Below are positions 27,601 to 43,094 of a DNA stretch of 64,000 nt, one piece after another. The notes beneath the pieces are model-generated. The model saw only the letters and a program-made list of their open reading frames with translations. It did not search any database and had not been told where the DNA came from. The stretch lies in the NCBI GenBank assembly GCA_951406725.2, contig OX597830.1, positions 67,642,001 to 67,706,000 of the forward strand, given 5' to 3'. This stretch comes from Octopus vulgaris (Eukaryota). Position numbers and translations under genes: made by a program. Positions within the stretch are counted from its first letter, which is position 1. Every line of letters starts with the position of its first letter.

Positions 27601-30600
27601 AGTGTAGAGTCTAATATTTCAGTCTTTATCATTGAAAAGAAAGTGAAAAACAGAAGAAAAGTTGCATCGTTGCTTGGAATGGAATCAAGGAAATGGAAAT
27701 GGAAGTAAAATTTAAGGAATTGTGTAGCAGGTGGAAAGTTATAAACCAGAGAGAGTGATTCAGTCAGAGATGAATGGTGAGAGGGAAAGAAAGAGTAAAG
27801 GAGTCTAAGAAATTAAGGCAAAAATTAGAAAGAGGCAATTTCTTAAAGGAAGACAAGTAAAAATATACTGAAAATTCTAAGTCACAGAAAGGTGGAGAAA
27901 GTATTTGTGACAGGGACATGTGACAAAGAAGAGGAATCATACCTTAAAACTAGATCAATTTACAGATATATAAATATTTGCAACAGTACCGGTATAACAT
28001 GGGTCATTATTTAATAATTATATCAAATAATATCCATATATATTTAGTGTTTCTTTGCAATTATGTCAGATGAGGTCTCAGCCATTTAGGATAAGAATCA
28101 AAGTGACCAGGTTTATTGTTTCTTTGTGATTCACCAAGAGCCAAAGAATTCATATGGCTATTATCTCATATATGGGAAGGTGCATAGCTTGGTGGTTGGG
28201 CTATTTGCCCCATGATCATAAGGGCTTCAGTCCAATATCTGGCAGTGCCTTTGTGCTTGAGCAAGATACTTTATTTCATGTTGCTTCAGTCCATTCAGCT
28301 GACAAAAATGAGTTGTCCCTGTATTGCAAAGGGCCAGCCTTGTCACATTCAGTGTCTCATGCTGACTCTCTGTGAGAACTGCAATAAGGGTACGCATGTC
28401 TAAGGAATGCTCAGCCACTTGGATGTTAAATTTCACAACAGAGTTGATCCATTGATTCATAATTTCTTTATTCTAACCCATAGTATAGTAATTGTTATCC
28501 AGCCATCAATCTTTTGCTATTATGCAAATCAGTTATAACTAGACACATGCAGTTAACATTTTAACAAATAACAATCAAATATTTGATTAAAAAAAACAAA
28601 AAAACTTCAGTATATTAAGTTGTTTGGAAAATGAACAAGTCATCAATGATTCAAATATCAGCCCTTCTTTTTTAGGTAAAGAAGAGGGAAATACTGTGTG
28701 CTATTTCAGAGCATGATGGTAACAGACACAGGAAGTGTGTAGACAATACATATGGGTTTTAGTAGAAGAAAGAGAAGAACTATTATTATTGTTGTTTTCT
28801 GCATAGGTCATCCCTGATTATGCAGTCATACAACAGACAAATAGGTTAGCAAACAACAAGGTATGAGCCAGAGATTCATCTTGCCAGTTCTACTATGTCT
28901 CCATCTGAGACCTCAGTACACATGCACACTAAGACATTCAATTATGAAATGTATGGTATGTAGCATAGTGGTCTGGAAATATTGCAACCTCTCTACTCTC
29001 TCTCCAGTGAACAATACAAAATGCTGGGGAGCAAACAGTCTATCAAGCTGCCATGTCTATGTAGTGTACAAGAAAAACACATTGAGAATATAATTTTCCA
29101 AATCGAATTTGTTGGGCATCTCCATCGTGTTTTCAATCTCTTCCCACACAACCTTTCCTTACCTCCTTAATACACTTAGACAGCTTCATTAGCAGACACA
29201 TAAATATTCACATCCTCCCAACAAATTACTGATAGTGCTGCACAAATAATCCAATCCAACATAAATTGCTAAGAAACCTGGTCCCAAAACAAGCTTTTGA
29301 GAAACACTTAGGGCTTTTCTGGGTCTGCAAGTCAGTCTTTGATAGAGTGAAGTAAATGAAGTGAAAACCTTTAACCAGGATCAAATGGTCAGTATTGAAA
29401 AGTGGTAGGTCATGGGGTCGAGTCACTAACACATGTAAAATTGAGACAGGTGTGAAGATGATTAGTCAACATGCTGGTGGAGGTTACAGATTTCTCCAAT
29501 ACCAGACTTCATCCATCAACCAAATTTTTTGTGAATACTGATTGATTTTCGTTTTAGATACACCCATCGACAGCTAGAATTAGTCATTAATTAGTTTTAT
29601 CCTAATTGTTTCCTTTCTCTTTTCACCCCTCCCCCACCACTTCTACATCTGATTAACTGTCCCTTTATAGGTATTATCCCCCACTGGAATTAACTTCTGT
29701 TTCTGTAAGTCCTTCCATCATTTGCCATCCACCACATGTACATACACACATATTCACACTACTTGAATCTTACACTTACCCTCTCACATATACATACTGT
29801 GTAGTGACACACCCCTGTCACTCTTTAGTTTTTCCTTATTTCATTTTCACCTATTTTTTCTTATTTCATTTGCACTTACCCTCTCACACATACATACTGT
29901 GTAGGGACACACTTTTTATTCTTTCCTTATTTCTTTTTACCTGAGTTCCACATGTACATCACCAACCCATTTCCACTCTCCTCTTCTAGAACTCACATAC
30001 CTGCTACCACTTCCTGTATCCATTACTATGATGACCATCTGAAATAAAACATGGACAATCCATTTCTCCTTTGCTTAATATTCTCTCTTTTCTCTCTTAA
30101 TAGAAATAGACTTTTGCTTCAATCGTTGTTGTCTTTTCCATTTCCTCTTGGTTATTAATTCGCTGTCTTTATTTTATACTTCTCATAATTTTGTATCTTT
30201 TAATTATTTTTGTTAAGGAACACAAAGACCTGGATTTCTCATAAACTGAATTTCATGCTTTAATTGCAGCTTACCCTTAGCATATGATATGAAACTGTAT
30301 TCTGTAGAATCGTTAAGTAACTGTTCATTTTGATCTTCATCCCAAGCTGCCACAAATCATGGGTTTGGTGTAACCTTTTATGACTTACTCATATTTAATA
30401 TTTATAAGAAAATATAATGGAGTGAATATAATAATATATGTTGTGTTTGGCTCTCATTCATCTTCCATGATTAAATCATTTCATATTAAACACACAAACA
30501 TTACTCAAATCTCCTGCCAGAAAATAATAGAATTCCCAAATCAGTAAATCTCTCTCTCTGTCTCTCTCTCTCTCTCTCTGTCTCTCTCTCCTCTTCTATG

Positions 30601-33217
30601 CACGAATATAATTAAAATTATAATTATCAGATTTCCCACTGAGTTCACAAATCAGTTTCAATTTCGGTTTAATTTGCATAAATCTGTTTCTTATATGATA
30701 AGAGAAAGAAATCAATATCATAGAATCTGAATTGTTTCACCAATAATAATGTGTTTGATTGTTGAAATCATTAATGCTATACTTGTCTTAGAGAAATGAT
30801 GGATTGCTATATTAAATGCCAACCAAATTTTGAATTATTTGAGCATTCTGTTGATTTCTGTCTTTCTGATTTTGTAAATAATGCCAGTGATAGAATTGAG
30901 TAAGATTTGAGAGTGTATTTCCAACATATTATGAGAAAAGACTTATATGGAAATTCGATAGTAAACTGATTTTAAGAGAAGTTTTTGTTTAGCATTTACT
31001 GGGATAATCTCAGCTGAGTGAAGTTTTTAAATTCACTATACACCATAGCTGAAATTCTAACATATATATACATATATATTATTAAATTTTACTAGTTCCT
31101 TGCATTACCTCTCTTCTTCTCTGCTGTATTTAACAATGTTCTGAAAACAAAAGAAATGATATATATAATAGAACTATGCAACAATGTGTTAGCACAAAAA
31201 TAGGGGTTTAAATAATAATGAGGATGTTTGATAGTATCTATCATATTAATTGTTTTATACGAAGCACATGTCAACAATTTTATGGGAAGAAAAATACAAA
31301 GCTATGATAACTTCTTATTTCTCTTCAAACAGAAATTGAAACTAAGAATTGAAACTGAAAATTAAAACCAAGTGAATGTCTCTGATCACTTGGTATTTAT
31401 CTTCCAATGTAAGAAGCTTAGGAAGGTCCAACTAGTGACTATATCCTTCAAAATCTTTCTTCCTCTGTATATGAAGCCAGTACCATTCAACTTATATATT
31501 ATACTCTCTAATTATTATTTTTCTCTCTTTGTCAATAAATAGAAACCGAATCAGACATTGAAGCTAAACACAGTCCTTTAACTCATTGGATGCTATTGAA
31601 TTGTCAAGGAAAATGGAAGTTACTTAATGATAATGATGATGATGATGATGTGATGGAGACAAACACCAACGTTCCATATGGTAGACTTGAATAATTGTTG
31701 AGATATTTCTCTCCCTCCATGAAACTAATGGTAGTCAAGATAACCCAAATGTAAAGAATATTTATCCACCAATATGATGTTGAGAGCACTCATTCTCCCT
31801 GATTGATACTAATGCATGCAGCATGTATGTATGTACGTATGTAATTGTTTTAAGAATAAAACAATTAAAAATTAAAACTAAAAATACAAGACATAAATAG
31901 AATAAAAATTAAAATTAAGGTATAAGCTGTATTGTTAATGAATATATATTCCATTTGAGAATCTAAGGATGTGATTAAGTAATTAAGACGATAAACTCAA
32001 AGTTAATTAAAGGTAAATGTAGATAGATACTTAAATGAAATTGTTTAAATGTATAGTACCAATGGATAGTATTAGTTGTACCAATGTGCAATGATATGGA
32101 GACGTATTGGGTCACCCCATAAATAATGCAGTTTTATCAATTGACTGAACTAAAAGTCGGAGGGGGATGGGATAAACTACCTGCATCAACTTGCTATAAA
32201 AGCAGGTAGTAATTTAACCATGTACATATCTTTAGTGCAAGTTTTGAAGAGTGTAATTCGCTTTTAACAGTTATTTTTTCAAACCTATAATGGAAGTAAC
32301 AAAGGAGCATCTTTGGTGTATTTTACTTTATGTGTTCAATAAAGACAACAATGCAATGGAAAGTGTGAGGAATATTTATGCAGAGTATGATATGGAGATC
32401 AGACAATAAATATAATCCAGAGTCAACAGTGGTTCCAGAAATTCTGAGGACGTCCTACAAACCCTAGTAGAATGAAATCACATCATAACTGTTAAGGAAC
32501 CTGCAGAGAAGCCTGGATTTAGCAGGGAAACTTGGATTCAACCATTCATTGACACCTGTGTGCCATTGGAAAAGTCAGAAAATTGGGTCAATGAGTTCCT
32601 CATAAACTTTCCAAATGTTAAACCCAAACCAAATTATAACAAAGGAGATCTACTATGAGCAACTTGAGTGGCTTATGTTAGCACTAGAAGAAAAACGACC
32701 ATCTTTGGTTTCTAGATGAAAGGTGTTCTTCCATGAGGATAATTCTCAGCTACATACAGTGGGGATAGCATTCTGAAAGCTGAACAGTTTGAATGGGAAA
32801 CGATGTCCCACCCACCATTGCTCCATCTTATTATCATTTATTCCACAGTCTTCAAAAACATTTGGACAGAAAAAATATGAATTCTGTAGATGAGGTTGGA
32901 AAAGTACTAGAGAAGTATTTTTCATCATGGACAAATGAATTTTGGAAGAGGGATCTTACGATTCTACTAGTTAGATGGAAGAGCATTGTAGGAAATGAAG
33001 GAGAGTATATTTTAGATAAAAAAGAACTTTGTTCATCTTAATTATGAAAGATAAAAGAAGTATAAAAACTGCATTATTTATGGGATGACCCAATACATAC
33101 ACATGTGCATATGCATGTGTGAATTTGTGTGCATGCATGCATGAGATCAACGAAATCTGTAAAATGTTTTATTCTTGGAGAAAGAAATAATGTTTTGAAT
33201 ACAATTCAGTTTGATAT

Positions 33218-33265
<48 letters not shown>

Positions 33266-34906
33266 ATGTGTGTGTGGGTGAAACTAAAAATCTAAATTTA
33301 ATTTACTTTGAAAGTTTGCAGTTTTACTTCGATTAAAACAGCAACGAGTCTTTAACTGACATTCCATTGATTGTTTTAGACTTCTCTTCTCGGCGTAACA
33401 AAAGACAAAGGAGTCCATAAAATTTTTACAGCATCCACACATCCGAACTTCAGATTGTAAAGATAATTTATTCCTCTCCATCAACTCGTTTTCAGTAAAA
33501 AGAAGTTCATTGTGAGTAGGACGGAGGTCAGATTAGTTGAAAGCCCCCCTCCCCCTCCACACACTCACACAAATAATTTATTATCAATTTTATTTATTGA
33601 CAATAACTGTCTACATAGAAACAAGCTTTGCCAACTCCAGAAAGAGCAAATGTGGAATCACTTGAATTCATGAGCGAATTTATCCTGCTCCAACCTGTGC
33701 CCATGCCAATGAGATTCAACAAAAGCACGTTAGTAGCAACACTAACACTCTCCGTAATTATAATGTTACTATCAGTCCGAATATGCTTGATGCACATTTG
33801 AACTGGGAAACAAGCTACTAACTGCATTTAGTCATGCAGCGCCACCTACCTAGACTGTGAGATGCTAGTATTTTGGAGTAGTTATCTCCTCTTTGGTCAC
33901 AGATCCTAGGCAGATGATGCTATGAACTGATACTCTTACACTTTTCCAGTCACCATACAGTGACTGGTAGGGCTATACAGCATTTTCAATTATTAACAGT
34001 CCCCAAACCATTTTTGCTATTAATACAAATATACCATTTCATTACTGTAATTTTGCAAACATAGGATGTTTTTTCCTTTTCAGGATTTCAGTTAGTTACA
34101 AACATTTGCTAATTTTAAAATAAAAAAACAAGCCCTATGTAGTGGAGTTTATCACAGAAAGCACACAAGCACACCTTATTAAATGGATTTTATTATTAAT
34201 TTCAAAATGGAAAAGATGTGGTGAATTGTCATGCATGAAATTGTCAGTGCTGAACTGTCATGTGAAGAATTGTTGGGTGCCATTGAAAATACTAGTTGGT
34301 CTAGTACTATAAACAGTATACATCCATACTAAAATAAAAACTATTACACTTGTTATAAAACATGAAAGCCTGCTGTAAATATATGAAATATAGTTATTAT
34401 ATCTACCAATAAGAAATAGCATAGACAGTTCTATCTTTTGGAAAATAGTAGATGGTTCTACCAGGCTTATTCTACCAGTGTAAAATTAGTAGCCTGTTGT
34501 ACCAATGTGCGAAAATATATAAAAATATTCATAAACAGAACATACAACATTCCTTTTAGGCAAATCCATTGATGAAATTCTCAACAAACCATTTGTTACA
34601 ATCTATGCAAAAAAGAACTCATCTATAAAATATAAAATTTATAAAGAATTACTGTTCTTCTTTTCTGAGAACTTACCTTTATATCCATATTTATATCCTG
34701 AATGACCAGATGAGATAATATTCGTAAATCTGTAAAATCAGTAAATGAAAAAATTCCAGATTGGTAAAGTGAATCTGACATAAGTCTAGAGTTTCAAATT
34801 TCAGTCTTTATCTTTTAACTGGGAGTGCAGAATAGAAGAAAAGTTGTGTTTTGGCATGAAATGGAAATAGAATTAAAGTTTAAGGAATTATGTGACAGGT
34901 AAAAAG

Positions 34907-34969
<63 letters not shown>

Positions 34970-37900
34970 AGAGAGAGAGAGAGAGAGAGAGACTGGGCCA
35001 GAGTAGTATGGTGAAAAGTAAACAAGGAGTAAAGGAAACTAAGAAAATAAGACAGAAATTAGAAAGAGGAAATTTCTCAAAGAAAGGCAAATAGAAACAT
35101 GTTGAAAATTGTAAGAGAAGCTAAAAAGATGGAGAAATCTCTATGTAACAGAGGCAAGTAACAAAGAATAGGAATCATATGTTAAAAATAAATCTATTCA
35201 CAGATATATTAGGTTGTCTCACATGAAATTTTGTATTTTAAATGGATTTCTTATGAGTCATCTATAAATGGATTTTTAATGAGTTTCTATGTACATGCTT
35301 GTGTTTACTCTTACTCTTTTTCTTTCTAGACAATTCTGTTATTCAAAATTGCTACCCACAGCTCTTATGACAACGTTGACAACAGAATAATACCAAGTGA
35401 TATTCTTGTATGAATACAAGTTGGGTCACTCTACCACCAAAGCTCTACAAAATATCAAGTGCACTTTTGGTAATGAATCTGTTGACATTAGAACTGTTCA
35501 GAAATGGTTCCAAAGATTTTGTTCAGGAAATGAAAGCATTAAAAATAAATCAAGAGGGAGACTAAAATCTGATATCTGGCATGATGAATTGAATGCTTTG
35601 ATTAAATGGAATCTGAGAACAACAGTCCAGAAAATTAGATCAGAGCTCCAGACATCTGCAACTGCTTCTTGACACTTGAAGAAAATTGGAAAAGTAAAAA
35701 AGATGGATAGATTTGTTCTGTGTTCCATGTTGATTTCTCGGTTGGAAAGAAAACCATTTTTGAATCGACTCATTATGTATGATGAGAAATGGAAACTCTT
35801 TGATAATAATAATGGACAGGAGGTGGATGCAGGTGAGACACTACTCAAAACCACCACTGCATCCTAAAAAGTTGGTCACTGTATGGTCAACAAAGAGGTA
35901 GTTCATTTTTCATTTTTGCAACAAAGAGAAACTTTAACAACAACAACCTATTGTCAGGAAATTTTATGCATGGAAAATTAAAAAAGAAGCAACCTAAATT
36001 AGTGAATAGTGATGGCCCAATTTTGCTTCATGATAATGCATGACCTCACACTTCTCATGCTACAGTCCACAAGTTGCAATGCCTGAATTATGAAATTTTG
36101 GCACATCCTCCTTATTCTTCTGATATCTCTCCTACTGGTTATCACATATTTCAACACTTCAAGCTTGCTATATGCAATAAAACATTCTTAAATAAAGAAG
36201 AGGTAATTGAAGCATCTCAACAATTTATCAGTGATAATTTATCAGATGATAAATATATGCCTTAGAGGGAACGTTGGATGAAGGGCATAAATTAACAACG
36301 ATCATATTTTGATTAAATAAATAAATATTCTAAAACTTAAAAAACAAATTTTAATGTTTCCTTTTTCAAATGTGACATTTCATGTGAGACAACCTCATAT
36401 AAATATTTACAACAGTACCAATATAACATGGGTTATTATTAAATAAATATATCAAATAATATCCATATATTCTTTTATTCGTTATCTTGTTTCAATCATC
36501 TGCCTGTGGCTATGCTGGAGCACTGCCTTTTAGTCAAGCAAATCACCCCCCCGCTCCAGGACTTGTTCCTTGTAAGCCTAGTACTTATTCTATTGGTCTC
36601 TTTTTGCTGACACACACACACACATATATATACATATATACGACAAGCTTCTTTCAGTTTCCGTCTACCAAATCCACTCACAAGGCTTTGGTCGGCCCAA
36701 GACTATAGTAGAAGACACTTGCTCACGGTGCTACACAATGGGACTGAACCTGGAACCATGCAGTTGGCAAGCAAGCTACATACCACACAGCCACTCCTGC
36801 GCCTATATATTTAGTGTTTCTTTGCAATTATGTCAGATGAGGTCTCAGCCATTTAGGATAAGAATCAAAGTGACTAGTTTTATTGTTTTTTTGCAATTCA
36901 TCAAAATTCATAGAATCCATTTGGCTATCATCGCATATATGTGAAGATGTGTGGCTTAGTGGTTGGGGTATTTGGCCCACGATCATAAGGTCTTCAGTCT
37001 GATATCTAACAGTGCACTGTGTGCTTGGGCAAGACACTTTATTTCGTGTTGCTTCAGTCAATGCAGCTGGAAAAAATGAGTTGTCCCCATATTGCAAAAG
37101 GCCAGCCTTGTGACATTCAGTGTGTCATGCTGAATCTCCGTGAGAACTGCAACAAAGGTACATGTGTCTAAGGAATGCTCAGCCACTTGCAGTGTTAATT
37201 TTCTGAGCAAGCTGATCCATTGATCGGATCAACTGGAACCCAAATCATTGTAACTGACAGGGTACCAATATATATATTACATATATAGTGTAGTATCATC
37301 TAGTCATCAACCTTTTACTGTTATGCAAATCAGTTATTACTAGATGCAAGTATGTTTACATTTTAACAAATAACAAACATTTGATAAAAAATATAATGAA
37401 GTCAGTATATTAAGTTAATTCAAAAGGGAATAAATCATCAATGCTTCAAGTATCAGCCCTTCTATTTAGGTAAAGAAGAGAGAAATTAAAGAAAATACTG
37501 TTATTTCAGGCTAAGATGGTAACAGACACAGGAAGTGGGTTGCTGGTATATATGAATTTTAGTAGAAGGTAGTGGAGAATTATTATTGTTCATAGTAGAG
37601 AAAGAAATCAGTATCACAAAAATCTAACTTCTTTCACCAATAAAAAAACATGTCTGATTTTTAAAATCAATAAATCTATAGCTGTGTTAAGACAGGTAAG
37701 CGTAGAGAAATGATGGATTGTTATCTTAAACACCAACCAAATTTTGCTTTTCTGACCTCTCTGCTTTATTTTAATTCTTCTACTATTCAAAAATAATACC
37801 TGTGTCCTAATGGGATCAGGTTTGAAAGTTGAGCAGTTTATTGCATTTCCAACACATGAAAAAATGTTTTAAGGAAATTAACAATCAACTGATCATAAGA

Positions 37901-38708
37901 GTAATCTCCGCTGTTCATTTCTTTCTTTTTTCTTTGCATTATCGACATCCCCAAAAGTTTTTTGTTTAGTATTTACTGGGATAATCTGAGCTAAGCAAAG
38001 TTCTTAAATTCACTATACACCATAGTTGAAATCATAACATATATATATATACTTATTTATTATCAAATATAAGGACATATTTATTGCATTACATTTTTGT
38101 GAATAGTTGGTCTATTTCAGGTTCCTGAAAATAAGCGAAAGAATAGCAAACGTTAGAAGGAATGATGGAGTTCAAACTTCTGACATTAATGAAATAATAC
38201 ATAGATTAAATTTTTACAACAAATTATGCAGAGAAACATAATTAAATACAAAGTGTACACGTTTAAGACATAAATGTAGCCAAGATTATCTGGTGGAGAT
38301 AATCCAATAGCTATTAACAGAGATATACGATTTCTTTTTTCCTATTTACAGTTTTTAGTGTGGTACACTGGTTTTGATATGAGATTTGAATGGATGAAAT
38401 CGTCTGGATCAAAATAGTTTCCCATGATGATAACAGTATTTTATTTAATCATTTTAAACATTTGTGTAAGACTTGACAGAAAATTGCACCTCCAGTCGTG
38501 GTAAATATTTTACAATCAATATTTTAAACAACCTCACAGAAAACCAGCCATCCACCTAATCACTAATCAGTCTGGTGGGCACATAAGCCAGATCGACTAT
38601 TCTTTGTAAGCCTAGTACCTATTCTATTGGTTCTTTTTGCTGAACCGCTAACTTACAGGGACATAAACACACCAACATCGGTTATGCAATGGTAGGGTAC
38701 AAACACAG

Positions 38709-38752
<44 letters not shown>

Positions 38753-41700
38753 GCATGTATTTATCTACAGATTATGATATTCTCTTCTCATTGGATCGTA
38801 GGAAAACATTAAGTGATAGGAAAGAGTAATTTTGATATTTCAAATGACCACCACAAACATTCTATGAAGTAACATAAAATTATCAAAACAGTTTTCAGAA
38901 ACTTTGCTTTCAAAGACCTGTATAATGTAAAAACTAGCAACTTATTCAAATATCAAAAATACTAGCCTGATCTAACAATATGGTATACAGTAGCTGGTTC
39001 TTCTAATATTATAAATAGTATCCAGCCATATTAAAATGGAAACTAATACACTGACCATAATAATATTTAAAAACATAGAAGACTGCTGTAAATATATGAA
39101 ATATAGTTGCTGGATCTACCAATAGGAGATAACGCAAACAGTTCTACTTATTGGAAAATAGTAGTTAGGTCTTCCCGTCTGAAGAATCATAGCTTGGGCT
39201 ACCAGTATCAGAAATAGTAGCTTGTACCAAGATGAGAAAATATATAAAAATATTCATAAACAGGATATACAAAATTCCTTTTATACAAATGCATTGATGA
39301 AATTCTCAACAAAAATTTCATCATAATTTATACAAACAGAACTAATTAAGCATACATAAAAGTTTTAAAAGACTTACATTTTCTAGCCATGAATCGTCAG
39401 CTGATCTGCAAAATCAGAAAATGAGAAAATTCCAGATTAGTAAAATGAGCCTGTCGTAATGAGTGAAGCATCTTATAGTTCAGGCTTTATGAAATGTAAT
39501 GTGTCTTGAATGGCTCAACAATGCAGAGTGGACTGTAATAACTGTGAAATAATTTAATTATTTATAGTCTAATATAATATTTAGGAATATAAAAATTCCT
39601 TCTTCAGATATTGCTTGGAATGAATCGAGTCACTGTTATAATCGGTTACTGATTTTTTTTTGATTTTTTTGGAAGTGTCTCTGCAGTGGTCTCATGAAGC
39701 TCCTTCTGAAATTCCTCATGAGGAGTGCTTGAGGGTGGCCATGTCTCAAGCTTATGTGTGTTGGCATATCCACAATGTTGCTTCTAAGTTATGTATTATA
39801 CGTGCATTTTTTTATACATAAGCATGTTACTATTGTGCGTGCAGGATGTCAATGTAAAATAATATAGTGATTGCTAATTTCCAACCTGTTGTTAATTTGG
39901 GGCCCTAATCTGTCTGTGAGGATAGCTTCTTTAATTCTGAAATTTCTGTCATTGGCTTCAGTTGTGATTGTTATGTTTTCCTCGGTGTTCTGGCATCTGT
40001 CCAGATGTTTTCTGAAGGAGGAGGCTCACGTGTTTAAATATTCTTTGATGCGAATGTGTGACAGTCTGGTTGTGCCACCCACTTAAAAATTGTTGCATTT
40101 GTTACATTGGATTCTATACACAGCATTTACTCGTTGGCATAAATCTGTGTCGCGGATAGTTTGTGGTTGGGTTCTTGGTTTGTGGGGGGGGGGGAGTGGG
40201 TGGTCTAGTTGGTACGTTGGAAATTTGCTGAGTGTGTTGTTGCTGTTTTTCTTTATTACCAATTGCCATTTGAGTTGATCGGCTGTTCAGGAAAAGGTAG
40301 GCTTCCAGGTTGAGTAAGATTTTCTCGTTCGGCTGTTGGCTCAAGATAAATTTAGGGCCCAGACTGATGAGTTCTAGCTCTTCATGGGAGAGTGACCCAC
40401 TCAAGTGTGTGACTAGGGGTTTCATTGTTGATGGTATGCTGGTGCCCCTGATGTTAGGGTTATCTTGATCAGTGGATGTCCCATTCATCTGTGTCAGTGT
40501 AATAGACTGAGTTGTGGCAGTATTTGGTACAAAGCTACAAGAATTTAAGTTTGAGGCGTTTCTTCTCTTGGTTAACACAGTGCTGGAAGCATTGGTCAAT
40601 AGCTGTGGAGGTTTTTCGGTGTGTAGATTACACATTCGCACCAAAGAACATCTAAACGTGAGTCTCCTCTTTGAGAAAACTTCCAGACAAAAGCATAACA
40701 GTCACAATTGAAGCCAATGACAGAAATTTAGGAAATTTAAGAATTAAAGAAGCTATCCTCATAGACAGACTAGGGGCCTCAAATTAACAACAGATTGGAA
40801 ATTAACAATCACTATTATTTAACTACATTGACATCCTGCACGTACAATGGTAACATGCTTATGTATAAAAAAAATGCATGTATAATACATAACTTAGAAG
40901 CAGCGCTACGGAAATGCCAACACACATAAACTCAAGACAGGGCTGCCCTTGTGCACTTCTCAAAATAAATTTTAGAAGGGATTTCGGGAGACCACAACAG
41001 ACACACTTCCGAAAAAAAAATTCAGTAACCGTTGGAAAACTGATTATAACAGTGACTCGATTAATTCCGAGCAATATCTGAAGAATGAATTTTTATATTC
41101 CGAAATATTATATTAGACTATGAATAATTAAATTATTTAACAGCTATTATTGTCCACTCTGGCCTGTTGTGTCATTCAAGACACATTACATTTCAAAAAC
41201 AATATACAATGCTTCCAGCGAACAACAGTAACCATTTTCAGTCTTTACCTTTAAACTTAGCATGAGGAATAGACAAAAGGTGTTTCAACCAGAGATAAAA
41301 GGTGAGAGGCGAAGAAAGAGATAAAGGAAGAGAAGAAATTAAGACAGAAGTTGGGAAGAGGTAACTGGCAAAAAGAAATTATACCGTAATATAGATCAGT
41401 TCACACATGCGTATGCACTCACACACATGCACACAAGTATATATATCCTGCGTTTCAAATTATTAATGGCGTAACATTTAAGTTTTATTCAAAAGTGGCG
41501 ATCGTTCGTTACGAGAACAAGATAGCCTATATGGATGGATGGATATATATATAAATATATATATATAAACAGATAGACAGATAGATATCTATAATAATGG
41601 TATTTTTATATAAGCTTAAAGCTTATGGCGATCACCGTGCAATGACTAGGGAAAATAGTCTAATAAAGGGGCATATAAGCCCTCGACAGAAAAAAAGAAG

Positions 41701-43048
41701 GCATTGATTAATTTTAATTTTAATCCTTCAGCTATTTAATGCTTTTCTTGGGCATGCAATCGCCTATATATTAAATCTGTTGTCATTTTTTAAAATAGTC
41801 ATTCCAGATAATAACAATATTAATAATATCTTAGCAAATTTCGAGAATTATATTTTCTTGTGAATTGTTTGCCCTTGTATCGAGAGTATTTCCTCACTGG
41901 TAGCTGTAATTTGATTTCAGTGCAAAACGAAACAGGGGTAACACAAACTTCAATACAATAGTTTGGGGGTGCTTTCTGTCTGAATCATAATGTCTGTATT
42001 TTTCCGCATATTTAGAAAATAAAAAAATTCTTAATAAGAGTTTTACAAAAAGTTTTGGAAATTTTTTCAGAATCATAATCTCTGTATTTTTTCACATATT
42101 TTTGGGGAAAAAAATTCTGAAAAAAGTGAAAAAATGAAGGAAATGGGGGTGGGGGTAATTTAAAAATGCCGATTTTTGCCAATTTTTTTGCAGATTCGTA
42201 TTTCCCATAGCCGAAAAGGGGCAGGTTTGTGTCAAAAAAAATTTTTTTTTGAAGGGTGGTTTTTGGAAGGGGACGGGTGGAAGTCTTGCCAACAAATATA
42301 TAAATGAACTAGCTTAAGGTGACCCACTCTACGCATGGGTGAGGGTGTGGTTGCTACTTTCTGTTGCTTCCTTTCTGTTTCTTATCACCACATTCTCCCT
42401 CTTTGTTTCTCTCTCCTTTCTCTCTCACTTTCCCACTCTCTTACTCTTCCTTTCTCTCAGACTCTCCCTTGCTTTCTCTTACTCTCTATCTTTATCTATC
42501 TCTCTCCCATTTATAAAAAAATTAGATTTCCACGCTTAAATTACAAATCCACTTCCACTTTACCATGTTGAAAATTTAATTGAAATCGGGCAAAAGGTGT
42601 CCAATCTAGACCCCCAAGTGTCCCCCAGAATCAATAAAATCCCCGTTTTCACACCAAAGCAACCACTGAAGCGCCCCAAAATGTCTTCCAATCAATTTCT
42701 TACCTCAAGTTACCCCCTCCTGTAAATTTTAATCCCCATCCAGCCCCATTAGACCCCTTTTACATAAAAATCTAATTTGTATCACTGTTCGCCTTCTTCA
42801 TTTTATAGATTAGACAGATATACCCGGCCTTACTCGGGATTAAAATAGTTTATTATTGTTTTGCTTGTTTCGGTATTATAACCCGATTTCATTTGGGTCT
42901 ATGCGGGTCACATTTTAAAAGATGAGGAATTTTGTCCCAGAGGCCATGCCTTTCAATTGAGCAAACTCAAAGGTGCCATGCAAACTCGCTAGCACTTTTA
43001 ACATAGGTGTGCATATTTTCAGCTCAGTCAGACCACATATGCACACAT

Positions 43049-43094
<46 letters not shown>

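Noticed and set aside
34653-34676. Alternative donor (gtaatt at 34652) to rescue the frame of exon B2
   Set aside because: Adds 24 nt, so the phase does not change; the equivalent extension in B1 contains TAA
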